Of a stretch of DNA of 64,000 nucleotides, positions 11,445-25,265 are shown piece after piece. Below the pieces are notes generated by a model. That model searched no databases, had not been told where the DNA came from, and saw only the letters and a program-made list of their open reading frames with translations. Both the position numbers and the translations under genes were made by a program. The stretch comes from Lytechinus pictus (lineage: Eukaryota), in the NCBI RefSeq assembly GCF_037042905.1, contig NC_087245.1:41976001-42040000 (forward strand). The letters are read 5' to 3'. Each line of letters starts with the position of its first letter. Position 1 is the first letter of the stretch.

Positions 11445-14400
11445 AGATCAAAAAATAAAAAATAGAAATGATTAATTCATATACTATGAAGCGTTGGAGC
11501 ATTGTGGCCAAGTGGATTAGTCTTCGGACTTTGAAACAGAGGGTCGTGGGTTTGAATCCCAGCCATGGCGTAATTTCCTTCGGCAAGAAATTTATCCACA
11601 TTGTGCTGCACTCGACCCAGCTGAGGTGAATGGGTACCCGGTAGGATTTATTCCTTGAATGCTTTAGCGCCAATATGGCCGCTCAGCTACAGCCGGGGTA
11701 ATAATAATATACCAAGTATATTTCAGCGCCTTGAGCACATAATCAATGTGGATTTGGCGCTTTAGAAATACTCTATATTATTATTATTATTACTACATCA
11801 TTTTACTGAGTGGCCTAGATTTAAGCAACTTTCTATCCACTTACCTGAGTACTGAGCCTACATCTATGTCAGCCATGAGATAGTAATGGGGTATTGTCTG
11901 TTTAGAATACACTGCAGCGTTGGCTTGCTCCTGAAGAGAAATGGGAGAGACAAAATAAATTCTCATTCTACGAGTTCAAATCACAGTTACACTCTACAAA
12001 TACCAAGCACCACTTTTCAAAGGAGGTGCCTTATCATAACTATAGAAAGCCAGCCAAGCTATAATTCGTCATGAAACAAACTGTCCGAGTACATCGCTCT
12101 AAATAGATTAAGATACATGCATGCATACATCATGGATTTACCCACACAGAATACCCCTTATTATTGCTGATACACAGTGTATAGCTATTAAATGACTAAA
12201 TATAGGATCATTGGTTCTCCATAGCTGATACTAAACTGAATTTATTACAAACTCACATCAATAGTAATTACCAATACTAGAAAAATGTTAAATCAATGAT
12301 ACATGTAACTACCATCTTTTAGAAAAATAAAATGCTCAACAGCCATACATATGCAAGGTTTACCTGTAAAATGACCACTTATATAATTATACAGGTTAAC
12401 ACTATACCATTACTGCAAGTTTTCTGCAATGGGATCAGTGTTTCCATTGTAGGAAGAATTGCAATCAATGCAGATCAAACACAACTTTATTCTCAACCCA
12501 TCAACTGCATGCATTTGGGACTTGCACTATTTTTGTATTCTCGTCGCATTTGTGAACTCTACAATAGCATGGACCACTTGATACAAGACCATGTGAAAGA
12601 AGAATAACTGAAGGGAGAAATACATTACCATTCTGAGAGCGTCTACTGGTATATCCGTGAAACCAGCCCCTGGGACTGCAGCTGACATGGGTACTGCAGC
12701 TCCTGGTACGTAAGATTCTATGTCTGCCTTCACGATACGCCCCCCTGGACCAGTCCCTTGAAGACTCTAGAGTGAGAATGAAAAGGTACATATCTATTTA
12801 TTTCATTACACCACAGTGGTTTGTATCATGTATGCAATTTCATTTAATGGAGAAAAAAAATAATATAATAATGATCATTACAATTTTTCATTTGTACTGC
12901 AAAGGTACCCTAGGCACAAATCAAATATAATTCAACAAGAACAATGGTCAGAGTAAAAACAAATATAAGAAATCAAAGCTACATATGCATAACATAATAC
13001 AGATCGATTATTGAGGTGGGCCTGCATAATAATCAGCCTTAAGATATATGCACAAAATCAATTCATTATTAGGACAAATTAGATGAAACTATATTGAGTT
13101 GACAGAAATATTAAGATATCAAAAATAGCTCTCAAAAAAATGTCTTGAAAGGAAAGTAAAATATTATCATACAGCTTGTTAATCAAAGTGAGCCCACTGA
13201 CTACTGAATTATGAGATGATAACAGGCTTTATACAGTGATCTTGTTATATATTTTATTTGCGATATAAAGATTGAGTGGACTTGAATTTATGTCATCAAG
13301 AATTGCCATTTGTTAAGAACACAAAATGATTTCTTGATCTCTCTGTCAAAAAGTAGGATAAAATGATAAAATGGCTAATCATCTGTAGGTCAAGATACCC
13401 TGGCTAAACGGTCAACGTAGGTAGCTTCATAAAGCTGTTCGCAAGTTACGAGCAACTTCAGGAATGACTGGTGATTGTGGAGCAATGCGGCCAAGTGGAT
13501 TAGTCTCTGGACTTTGAAACAGAGGGCCATGTGGGTATGGATCCCAGCCATGGCATAATTTCCATTGGCATTAAATTGATCCACAATGTGTGGCACTCAA
13601 CCCAGGTGAGGTAAATGCGTATCAGCGGGAAGTAATTCTTCAAAAAGCTGTTAGCACCGGAATCGGTTGCCAAGCTTAGCCGGGGTAATATAAGAGCACC
13701 TTGAGAACCTAAAATGTGGATATGTGCGCTATACACATTTCCTACACTATTATCATCCTATTTTATAGTACGTATCACACAACAGATTTTCATTTACTGC
13801 TGATTAAGTTTAAAGAAAGTATAATCAGTTGTCGTAAAGTCGGTCAAAAACTATGAACAGCTTTATGGAACACCCACCAGTTGTGACGGCCCATTTAATA
13901 AAATGAAAATAAAAATAAAAATGTTGGTAAGAATGTGATACTCACATTTAGATTGATTCCTCGTTCTGCTGCTAGTTTTCTTGCCAAGGGGCTTGCAAAC
14001 ACCCTCCCCTGAGTGGTGCCAGCTGCAGGGGGAGCCATGGGAACCGGAGGAGGCCTTGGTGGTGTTGCCGGTGCAGCAGCCGGTGCTGGGGCGGAGCTTG
14101 GTGATGGGCGTGGAGGGGGTGGTGGAGGAGCAGCAGCTTGAGCTGGCTGTAAATGAAAGAAAAAAAGGGCCCCATAACACGAAGGTTAGTGATTAATTGC
14201 TAAATAAATTGGCCTATCAAGACCATTGTAGCATGTGATTTTCGCTCTGTAGAATGACTAGTACCTATCAGCATTGTTCTTTCAAATTAGCGATTAGTTG
14301 CTAATCTTTCAGTAATGGAGCTCGTTGCGTGTACAAATGATCATAATTAGACCAAATAATTCCAGAAAAATCATGTGTAATCCATCAGGTGTCCATTTCA

Positions 14401-17400
14401 TAACAAGGCATAAGCGATGTTGTGTCTCGCCCACTTGTGAAAGTAACTATATCGTGATTTGAAACCTTCCCCTATCTATTATACTTACTGGACTTTCTTT
14501 GATAGGAGCTGGCGGACCCGGAGGTGTTTCAATCACTCCTGGATCTTCAAAGTCCTTGAAAGCTTCTATTCCGGATTCCTCCTCGGCAATGATACACAGC
14601 AACTGAAAAAAGAAAATAGATAAAAATTATATTGAATATAGTAAGATAATTAATAAGGTTATAAAGATAGAACAATGATAAAGATAATGAAGACATGTGA
14701 ACTTTGGATTAAAACAGACATAAACTTGCTTAAAAATGTCTTTATCTGATAGGTTTACAGGAGCCAAGCTGGAAATAATGTCATTTATGTACATCTTTTA
14801 ACAATCACTTTATTATACTAAAGGGAAATTCTACCCTTAAATGTTGCTCGGGGAACTGTCGATCAAAGCTTTAAGATTGATTGCATGATTGGGTTTCACA
14901 ATTGATTACACATTGCGGTCAACTCAATCAATTGTTTAAAAAGAATTTTACAATCATTAGAAAGCTTTATGTTAAGGAGCACTGGGCCCGTCTTAGAAAG
15001 AGATTTGGCTGATCCGATCAACAACTATGGAAAGCCAGCAACCACAAAATTTGTCTATTCAACATTTTTTCAAAATACATGTATGATGTATATTTTCAAT
15101 AATAATACATGTGATTTATAAAACACCAAATCCACTCTGTAGAGTGCTCAAAGAGCATAAAGAAATTAAGAAGTAAAAAGAGAGGTTTTGAGAACAGTTT
15201 TGAAAGACTCAACAGAGATACAAATTTTGATGTCTTCAGGAAGACATATGAAACTGAATATATTCCTGCATGCATCAGTGACTTGACAGTTCACGGCGCT
15301 ACTCTTTCTTTTCGAAGGACATCGTGCAATATCCTGTCTGAAAAATCATGACATCGATGGATTTCCGCAGTAGCATGATTGGATCACTTGAAACACTCTC
15401 TGTAAAGGCGACCGCACACCTTACGATTGGTCTGCGACTCAATTTTGGAATAAAACGTAGTAGAATTTAATGCTAATATTGAGACTTGGAATATCTTACT
15501 GTGTAATGTTCGAAATCATCGTACGAATACCTATGTTCAAATCTGTGACCATGCTATCATCCTTCTTAGAATAAAAGCAAATTTGATATCTAGTCGTAAT
15601 GACGTCATAGCAGTCGTACGATTGGCTACGATTTGAAACTAATTTGGCCTTTACTCCAAAATAAAGCCTTGCAATCTTTCAAAATGGTTATATTAGTATT
15701 CTTTCAATTCATTTCAACCTCAAATAAAATATGTTCCATTTACATATTCTGAAAATGACCAAAATGCGATTTGTTCCGAAATCGGATAGCGAGCAGTCGT
15801 AAGGTGTGCGGTGCCCTTTAGACGAGGACCTGGGGACCCTTACCCTTCCAACAGGTACATCCTTGGAACCTTCTTCCACAAAGATCTTTGCCAGGTAACC
15901 CTCTTCCGAAGACTCAAAGCCCATGGTTGCCTTGTCTGTCTCAATCTCACACAACAGATCCCCGTCATTCAGCTGATCTCCAACCTGATAGCAAAGAATG
16001 GTTGGGGGAACAATTGACGACAGAAATTGAAATAACCCCTTCAAATAAAGTGATTGAAGTTCTCCTCAGCAAGAAGTAGTGTTGAAAGTACTGTCAGCTC
16101 ACTGATCTTATTTCGTGACGAAAGGTTATGAGTATTTCATCATGACTTGTGTCATATCCCCCCCCCCCCACTTCTCTCTGTCACTTTCTTACCATACACG
16201 CAATCATACCCACACTTAAACTTCACTAGCCCATTTTATACAAACAATTCTACACAATCTCTTAATAAAACGTCAATTTTAAAAAATGCATTGATTGAAT
16301 CATATTTGCAATTGAATCAATATTAGCTGTACATGTAATACCAACAAGGTTTTACTGGGCAATATGTAAAAAAATCTGAAAAACAGAATTTGCACCCATC
16401 TTGTTTTTGAGCAATTTTCTGATCTGGCATGCACTAACAAAAATGTTGACCTTATACGCATACCAAAGAATAACAAAATCTGGTCTCAAAAGTTGTGCAA
16501 GACCAAAAAGAAACAAAGTAATGAATTGCCATATTGCTGGCTTCTCACATTGCCGACATATGTGTGAAGAGTTGAGGGAGTCTAATGACAAAAGGAAGCG
16601 TCTCTGTGGAACAGGTTTCTTCGTTAATGAGGAAAATATGTGTCATTGTGTATTAGGAAATGTGTAGAGTTACAAATTTACTTGCTTTTGAAATGTCTAT
16701 ATTTAAGTAGTTGGGGGCTGTGTGACTCCAATTCCTTTGGCATCATGAAATGCATTAAAAATATCCCAATCTAGATAAGTCAATGTTGAAAAAAACAAAA
16801 CATTAAACTTCCTATTGTCAGAAGACAGCAGCAATATGTCCCTCCCCTTGGCGGTATTAGGTTTAAAGGGAAAGCTACCCTTGGTCATAAAATGTTGCGT
16901 GAGAGAGGGAAAACATAACAAAACAGAATAGTTGTAATTGAACAAGCGATTAGAATGTTACGGCTGTTTACAAATTGAGAACACTAACACTGTGTAAAAT
17001 TCACATTGGCAACTGGGTATTAATACAAATGGTAGAGGCAAATTTCTTATAGGCCTTGTACTAAATACCAGGGATTTGTGGTTTTTCCCTGGGGGTGTAA
17101 TCAAAATATAACCAAGGAAGCATATATTGTTTTATGTCCTCAAGAACGAAAGATATAATTTGGAGTAAACTTTTTGAAAAATGACATTTTAAACATTTTA
17201 AGTATTGGAGTAAATGGAAAAGTAGTCCTTGCCTTGTATCACTATGATATCATCAGGTCTCTTTGGGTATAAAGATTACCATTATTTACAACTTTAAACA
17301 TTCATAACTTTCTTATTTGTCTGATATTGTTCAAACTTTCACCAATTGGTTTGTCTGATTTTTCTATTTCTAAAAAAAAAAAAAATTTATTTGGGTTGGA

Positions 17401-18756
17401 TTACCCTGTAACTTCTATTCAATTTCATACCTGTTTCTCCCATCTAACTACAGTGCCAACTTCCATGGTTGGAGACAGAGCAGGAAGAGTAATCTTGTAA
17501 TGGGCAGGTAAATCTGTGAACAGAAAAAAAATTAAATAAAAATGTTATCAATAAAGCTGGTTTCCTCTGAATAAAGGAATTCAAATACATGAAAGATGAA
17601 ATTACATGTAGTATACAAGGTGTGAATTCATTTCTCCTTTTACATAACAATACCTCACAACAAAATCATTTTACCTTTAACATAACAAGTGGTTATTTGT
17701 ATTCACGTTTTCGTTTTTAAGGTTCATCAAGTCTAATCTCAAAAAAATTTGATGTAGGTTATGACCTCTGACCTCATCCCCCCCCCCCCCTGAAATAATC
17801 AGTCCATTGTCACTTCCTTTTGTAAACAAGGCAAAAGCGATTTTGTGTCTCGCTAACTTATGAAAATAACCAGAAATATCGTGATTTGCGAGGGCACGCA
17901 ACAGAATTGTATCGAAACTTCATTGTGAAATGACTGGGATGGAATAACACTTGTCATAAGAGCCTCGCACGTAAACTTTAATGTTGAACTGAAAATGACC
18001 TTTGACCTTACCATGTGACCTCCCACTGCAGCAAAACATGCAGGTCGCCTAAGTACATCTACCATCCAAGTTTTGTTGAAAAGTGACTTACGGTTGCGGA
18101 GTTAGGTGTCATAAGGGAGTCTTGCATGTAAACTTTAACATTGACCTGAAAATGACCTTTGACCTAACCATGTGACCTCTGACTGCAGCATCACATGCAG
18201 GTCCCCCAAGTCCATCTACCATCCAAGTTTGGTTGAAAGTGACTTACGGTTGCGGAGTTAGGTGTCATAAGAGAGTCTTGCATGTAAACTTTAACGTTGA
18301 CCTGAAAATGACCTTTGATCTTACCATTTGACCTCCCACTGCAGCATAACATGCAGGTCGCTCAAGTCCATCTACCATCCAAGTTTGGTTGAAAAGTGAC
18401 TTACTGTTGCGGTGTTAGGTGTCATAAGAGAGTCTTGCATGTAAACTTTAACGTTGACCTGAAAATGACCTTTGACCTTACCATGTGACCTCCGACTGGA
18501 GCATAACATGCAGGTCCCCCAAGTCCATCTACCATCCAAGTTTGGTTGAAAAGCGACTTACGGTTGTGGAGTTATGTGTCATTAGGTTTGTGACGGATGG
18601 ACGACGGACGACATTTGGATCCCTAAGTCTCGCCTTCACCTCTGGTGGGCGAGACAACAAAAACATAAATATGTACCTTCTGATGAGTATAACCTGCATG
18701 GCTTCTGTAACTGATAGATGAGCCTGGGCTTCAACAGGGTGGAACTTCTCAAACAT
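7903..18756 (-). CDS. DLAT: Dihydrolipoyllysine-residue acetyltransferase (pyruvate dehydrogenase E2), 10 internal coding exons, partial at both ends
   Basis: Phase-consistent GT-AG exons: 18756-18677, 17513-17431, 15984-15844, 14602-14489, 14146-13946, 12766-12629, 11930-11845, 10201-10064, 8622-8541, 7974-7903. The translation gives a transit-peptide end (RLYSSE), a lipoyl domain (LPALSPTM...EIETDKAT), a Pro/Ala linker, an E3/E1-binding domain ([12 protein letters not shown]...[12 protein letters not shown]) and the first part of the catalytic domain ([46 protein letters not shown]). Confidence 0.92.
8783..9133 (+). mobile_element. tRNA-derived SINE, inserted in a MITE (about 8727-9232)
   Basis: A-box tggtgtagtgg, B-box attcgaatccc, conserved core ctcgacccaggtg..aaatgggtacccggtagg, (ATT)n tail. 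Confidence 0.8.
10260..10500. mobile_element. Palindromic GC-rich MITE built from 39-bp units
   Basis: Three direct units ccttcccgcacaaaggccgttagcgcg.. (10269, 10308, 10347) face two inverted units. Termini are taatcgtcgcc / ggcgacgactta. Confidence 0.7.
10720..11010. mobile_element. MITE (gggcc..tcttacaaagagtt family)
   Basis: Inverted termini tcttacaaagagttgcgattgatcc / ggatcaatcataactctttataaga. A related decayed copy starts at about 14984. Confidence 0.6.
11496..11795 (+). mobile_element. tRNA-derived SINE
   Basis: A/B-box head (tggccaagtgg ... gtttgaatccc), same core as the 8783 copy, (ATT)n tail. Confidence 0.8.
13479..13755 (+). mobile_element. tRNA-derived SINE (same family as 11496), inserted in a MITE
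   Basis: Colinear similarity to 11496-11795. The host MITE halves are at about 13420-13475 and 13756-13880. Confidence 0.75.
15406..15817. mobile_element. Harbinger/Tourist-like MITE
   Basis: TIR aggcgaccgcacaccttacga / tcgtaaggtgtgcggtgccct, flanked by taa and tag. Confidence 0.7.
17825..18662 (-). mobile_element. Helentron/DINE-like non-autonomous element with about four 156-bp tandem repeats
   Basis: Subterminal inverted repeat tgtctcgc / gcgagaca, a hairpin and a (GTCC)-type microsatellite at the right end. Repeat units start at about 17969, 18125, 18281 and 18438 and contain tgacctttgacct. Confidence 0.65.
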
Positions 18757-20409
18757 CTGGGGGAAAAAAATCACAAAGAGAATCGTCATTTCATGCATAT
18801 CCGATGGCAATAAACCAATTGTTCTATAAATGCAGTCAAGGTAGTGTAATACATATAGTAAAAATATTAACTTGATTACTTGTCCTTTAAGGTGTCGCAA
18901 TTACAAATATCAAATTAAAACATTAATTTGTTACCTATTTTATTAGAGTAATCACCCTCTAGATCTAAACCAGTCTATTCACTCAAATGAATGAATGAAA
19001 ACAGTATTCCCGGAAGTTCAACCATCTTGAATTCTTGCAATGCAGAAGTGGATTGCCATGAAGCCCCAATCTCTCCGGTAAAAGAAATGTGCTTTATCTA
19101 TTTTTTCTGCATTTTTTTTACAAAACCATATTATATAGATAGTTAAGATTAGAATGAGATACTGTTTTATAAATAAATCATGCGATATTAAATCGCATTT
19201 TCCTGATGAATTTGACAATGCATTTTGGCAAGAGTGTGATTTCATGATGCGCGGTACGCTGTGTGTGAGCCTACATGTATGTGTTGCTATGGTGAATTTT
19301 AGTATAATAATATGTGTGTGGAGCTGAGTTGTCTTCAGTTAAAATTGGAAATTAGTAATTTTGATCACAAAAGTGATATTTTTAATGATCTTTATTAAAA
19401 GTGTGTGCTATGTACAGCATTGGCATCCCATAGTCCTACCTGTAGATTCCCCACAGGCAGGATGGTTGCAGTGAACAAGTGATCTATACATTTACATCCT
19501 CGTAGTTTTGAAATGTTTTTTAATGTATACAAATGTTCATAATGAGTGATATAATCATATTTTTTTAGTAAGATTTAAGAAATGGCTTTGGAAATTGCAT
19601 GAATATTGAAAGTAGTACAAGGGCTGGTAGTGAAATTATTTTGTCATCGGCAGACACTGAAAAGTTGTCATCAAATTCTAAATTAAACAAATGAATACTA
19701 GTGTCTAATTTGCATATATTTGCAAGAATGATGAAAAGAATGAGATTAATTCCATATTATGTGTGTCAAATAGTTAGATTATCAACCAGTCCAATCTCAA
19801 GTTATTACATTTTTGCATATTAATCAGGCAATTTTTCCCATTCATACAAATGAATATTTATCTACCATCAAATTTGCATATTATTATAATTACGCTCACA
19901 AGAACAACAGATATGAAATTAAGTTACAAACTTAACATCTGTGTGAAATTTGGTAATTCTTTGCTCATTCAATTTCAACTTACAGGTATGCCATTTTTGC
20001 ATATTAATTAGCTAGACTTAATAATTTTTTGCCATTTTCCTATGGTCCAAAGGTGAAAATTTTTGTGTGTTTTCCATATTTTGAACTCAATTATATGGAA
20101 AACATAAAATATTTGGGACCCAATTTTTCAGGTACTTGTAGGTGATTCTCATGTTAGATGCCCCTAGGAAGACCACTCTACACTTAATCAGGTTTTAAAA
20201 TAGGAAGTTAAAAAAATGACAAAATTTTTTTTTTGCCATTTTGACCACTCTTTGGCAGAAAATCGCCCTTTTCTGGAAATTTGATCGGCGGATCTCGGCA
20301 AACACTGGTCAGATTTTGACCACCTTGGTGTTAATCATTTCCAAAGGCCTTTGCACTGGCCATCTTGATTCATCTGAATTAGATAATTTGAATTTTCAGA
20401 TTGACATCC

Positions 20410-20545
20410 CTACAAGAAGAAACCTTAGATTTTGTATACTATACAAAATGAAGACCGGTCTTGTCAATATCAAGATAAATGAGTTTGTCCAACGGAATAC
20501 AAGACATACAAGGGGGAATAACCAAAAATTCCTCCAGTTCATCAC
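20410..20545 (+). mobile_element. Short LINE (CR1/L2-like) ORF2 C-terminal fragment
   Basis: Translation RRNLRFCILYKMKTGLVNI...NTRHTRGNNQKF resembles the post-RT region of CR1/L2 elements. Confidence 0.5.
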
Positions 20546-22375
20546 AAGGCCCACCCACGGCTACATCTCAGCCGCCGACTACAGAATAATTGAAGGCACG
20601 GCGCATTCAACAAATAACGTTAATTTACGAAAAATTAATACGAGGACTTACAGAATGAAGTCCTCCTACGAAACTTACGAAACGATGTGTAGTCAATTCC
20701 TCATAATTTGATGAATATCCCTCAAAATGCGTCATTTAAGCGTTGATTTTTCTTCTCGTTGACAAAATACGAAAGCTACCTTTCTAGCTCTCAAATTTTT
20801 CGTCTAATGAGCGAAAGAGGGCGCGCGATTTATCTTCATATCAAAGACACTACAATTGAAAGACTAGACACAGAAATTATCTTACACGTAAATCGATGCA
20901 AAGCGTTATGCGAAGTCGGCAAAGTGTTCAATCTTTTTACTGTAAAGACTTTGGTGGAACGTTAATTGACAAACGAACGGTAGCACTTGCGGGGCTTTGT
21001 TCAAGGTACATAGAATTTTCTATATTTTTTGTTTAATTTGTCATCGTTTTGAATATTTTCCAAAAAGTATTATCGTCAGCAAAAATAATAAAAAAGTACG
21101 TCTTTTAAGTTATTGCATTTATTGGGGTCTGACTCTCTATTTTATCAAACAATTATTGGAATTGCGCATACAATGAATCATGAATCTAGTTTTAAAAATA
21201 CCACCAAGCTGAATTAAGGTTGCGAACTGTATTAGCGCCACCAACGACCTTCGTTTTATTTTCGTGGAAGAGACGTGCGAAGCCACTTTCCAGGCGGAGG
21301 TAAGCGATTTTGCTCTTTTTTGTGTCCTTTTTAAATTAAAAAAATATGTTAAAAATTGATAATGGAACGCTTTCTACCAGAAAAAGCCCTGGTGAGTAGC
21401 GGAATGGGTTTCGGCTAACATCATTCACGTTATGAAGCGATGTTAACGACAACTCTAAAATCCACTACAAAAACACGTTGGTTGTGCGAGGTTCGTATAG
21501 CATATACTAACCTCGCAATAGTGTGAGTGCACAAGGCCAGGGTATTTCAAGATTCCTTCTTTGTAAACACGATAAAGTTAAAGGCCTGGAATAACCTCCC
21601 CTCGATTGTAAATTGCCCTCCCTTGAGTCATTTAAATTAAAACTGAAACAACTTTAATAAAGGTCATTCCACACATGTTGCGCTATCTCTCCACTAAAGT
21701 TGGCGTGGATGTGTCTCTCAACATTTTGCTGACTCAACAGTTAATTCAGATTCACTCATTCAGAATACAGCAGTTCACTAGTCTATATAGACTTGTCATA
21801 TATAGTTGTCATAGCCATACTCATCATGCTCATAAATCGTTTAAAGCCAAACAAAGCTCATCTATCTACTTCTACTTCTATATATTGAGGAAAAGAAGAG
21901 CAAGGGCAGATGTTTTCATCTGCTTAGTGTCTGGATATCGAACCCCAATCCTAACGAAGTAAGGCCCCTACCACCCATGGGTACATTACCGCCGCCGTGC
22001 ACAGGATAACCACTGGCACGGCACTTGCAATGTCTTTCGGGCTATATCTTTTAAATTAGCAATATATGTTGTTTAAACTTAGTATAAATATATATGTGTG
22101 TGTATGTATATTTCTTTTTTCTCTCTTTTTCTAAAATTTACACTCACTTTTGGCTGTTATTTATCATTTCACATACTCTTTTTTAAGATATTTTATATGT
22201 ATAAGTTATGTACCTGTTACTTACATCGAAATTGTACATTAAGTTTTATTCTACTGCCCTGCATCGACAGTAATGCGTCATGACCTGGGCCTATCTTAAT
22301 ATCTATTATGTCTTTGTATTTACTTTGTATATGTCTTTCCTTTATTGTGACTTCAATAAAGTGATATCAAATTTA

Positions 22376-23330
22376 AACAAGTGGAATGCCTCTGGCCGTC
22401 TCACCTGCATCACGCGATTCAATATAGCAGCAGTGCTGATTTTGAAAACTACTATAACTCGCACAAGATGTTCAGTGATACTTGGTTACTCTTATTTCCA
22501 CGTTTTATGAACTAGACCAATACACTTATAGAGATATGATGGCAATTCAACAAATACCCCCAACGTGGCCAAAGTTCTTTGACCTTACATGACCTTTGAC
22601 CTTGATCATGTGACCTGAAACTCGCACAGGATGTTCAGTGATACTTGATTACTATTATGTCCAAGTTTTATGAACTAGACCAACACACTTTCAAATTTAT
22701 GGCTGTAATTCAACAAATACCCCAATTTGGCCAAAGTTCATTGACCCTAAATGACCTTTGACCTTGATCATGTGACCTGAAACTTGCACAGGATGTTCAG
22801 TAATACTTGATTACTATTATGTCCAAGTTTCATGAATCAGATCCATAAACTTTCAAAGTTATGATGGTAATTCAACAGATACCCCCAATTCGGCCAAAGT
22901 TCATTGACCCTAAATGACCTTTGACCTTGGTCATGTGATGTGAAACTCATGCAGGATGTTCAGTGATACTTGATTAACCTTATGTATAAGTTTCATGAAC
23001 TAGGTCCATATATTTTCTAAGTTATGATGACATTTCAAAAACTTAACCTTAGGTTAAGATTTTGATGTTGATTCCCCCAACATGGTCTAAGTTCATTGAC
23101 CCTAAATGACCTTTGACCTTGGTCATGTGACATGAAACTCAGGCAGGATGTTCAGTAATACTTGATTAACCTTATGGCCAAGTTTCATGAACTAGGTCCA
23201 TATACTTTCTAAGTTATGCTGTCATTTCAAAAACTTAACCTCAGGTTAAGATTTGGTGTTGACGCCGCCGCCGCCGTCGGAAAAGCGGCGCCTATAGTCT
23301 CACTCTGCTATGCAGGTGAGACAAAAAAAA
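22376..23330 (-). mobile_element. Helentron/DINE-like non-autonomous element with about five 163-bp tandem repeats
   Basis: Perfect subterminal inverted repeat gtctcacctgcat / atgcaggtgagac, a terminal hairpin (gtctcac...gtgagac) and a (GCC)n microsatellite. Repeat units lie at about 22467, 22630, 22792, 22955 and 23147. Confidence 0.7.
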
Positions 23331-24518
23331 TGGATTTAAGATCAGATATAAGCTTTGGATATGAAACTTACAAAACGATATGAAGCCAATTTCAATTCCT
23401 CTCTGCCTTTCTGGTACTTTATATCGATGATTTTCCTTGATGTCAAAGCAGGCATGGCGCCGATTCGCTGGTTCTCTCTATACGCACAGAGAGGGCGCGC
23501 GATATTATTTAATAAACTTGCTTGTTTACGTCAGATCAGCTGTACTGCTGGTTGCGTTCTAGGCGCTCCGCATTTTTTTCGCTGTTCAGCGTTATTTTAT
23601 GATGTAGCGCCATCAGCGATTATACGTGACATGCAACCTGTTGATTTTTGGTACAATTTCCTATTATGCGCCGGTGACTTGAATCTAGACTGTTCGATAG
23701 GAAAAATTCGCATTTGATTGTTGTTTGCGTAATTTCCACCGCAGTATTATGATCGGACAGAGTATCTTGGCTGAGATTTGGAGGTAAGCGTTTAAAATCC
23801 CTTTTTTAAAATACTTTTTAGCATATTTTAAAATTGCATTCAATATAAGATTTAGGCCTAGGCCTAGATGAATAAATTTAGTGTATTGTGAAGATTTTGG
23901 CGTGTGTCACTCCTAGTACCAATGAGGTCCAAACATTACATGTATGGACCTCATAGGCGACATCTGTAGTATTTTGTGTCAGAAATCTTTGTGAAGATGA
24001 TTATTTGTGTATTATAACACAAGTACGAGCTATCGTACTGTCTATTCATTAAATTTTTGTTTAAGAAAGTTAAAGCATTGTTAGCAATAAAAAAAAATTG
24101 AAAGAAATGAAGGGGAACTTACATTTTGACGACTTTTTCCAGATTTTATTGCCAGTTGCTCTTCACTTCTGACTCGCGATCGAAGCTGATATGCAGATCA
24201 CGTGATACGCGTTCTCGTCAGCTGATCGGTTGGTTATTCTTTTCGCCAGACGTTGATAATTATATATTTCATAATGCTAGCATTCATCGCAAATTTAGGT
24301 AAAAGAGATTGAATTTAAACAGCGCAAGCTTTAATTTTCTCAAAAATAACATTTAATTGATTGTACAAGTTTCGCCTTGGAACAAGTAGGATCATTTGGT
24401 CCCATGTTTGCGTAACTACGGGGGGGGGGGGGTGGGGGCGGGGTGTCCCTACCACTATACACCCACTAGCCAGCAATTATCGTTTTTTCTCTTTTTTTTA
24501 ACCAAAATACCTCCCCCC

Positions 24519-24553
<35 letters not shown>

Positions 24554-25265
24554 GGGTTAAAGAGAAAGAGAATTGAGGAACACAATATGCTTTATTTTTT
24601 CCTCTTTTACTGTTTAACGAGACTTGTAATCAAATATTAAATGGGGCTTAATTAGAACAGCCTTTTTTAAGTCAATTAATAAAAAATATTCCTCCTCAGG
24701 ATTTGAGCTTTCATGAAATATGAATCTTTTTCATGACTACCGAAAGCGCTAAAAATGTCCAAATTTTTAATTGGTATATAAAGCTTTAGCTCATGCGTTG
24801 CGCCCGTCTTATTTTAATGTTATACAATTTTATGCTTTTAATGAATTTCTAATTCTCAGATCTTGTCGCAATCCGATTGGTAACTATAATGAATGATTAT
24901 TATGTTTCATGAATTGTTCAAAATGTGTCTCTCTATCAGTTTTGAATATTAAAAAAAATGTCAGCTCATGCTTTTTGCTCGCAATATTTTGATTAGTAAG
25001 AATTTCTTCTCTTGTATATGCGAGTTTGAGTAAATAACTAGAGAGAGAGAGGGGGTGGGTCCCTCACCTACTTGTCCTTGCTTATTCCCATTTTTTTTTT
25101 ATATTATACTCGTGTTCAGAGTGTTTCAAAGTCTTTTCTGATTTTTTTTTACACTTTTTATTGTCTCGGAGCTTCCCTCTATTTCTTTTAACTATGATGT
25201 AGCCCTTTTTACTTGTTTCAATTCTTTTATGTCTCATTTCATTGAAAACATAATTATTAAACTGA

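Noticed and set aside
17950..18580. CRISPR-like regular repeats (also 22460-23240 and 10260-10500)
   Set aside because: Whole units repeat with no unique spacers, the context is eukaryotic, and there are no cas genes.
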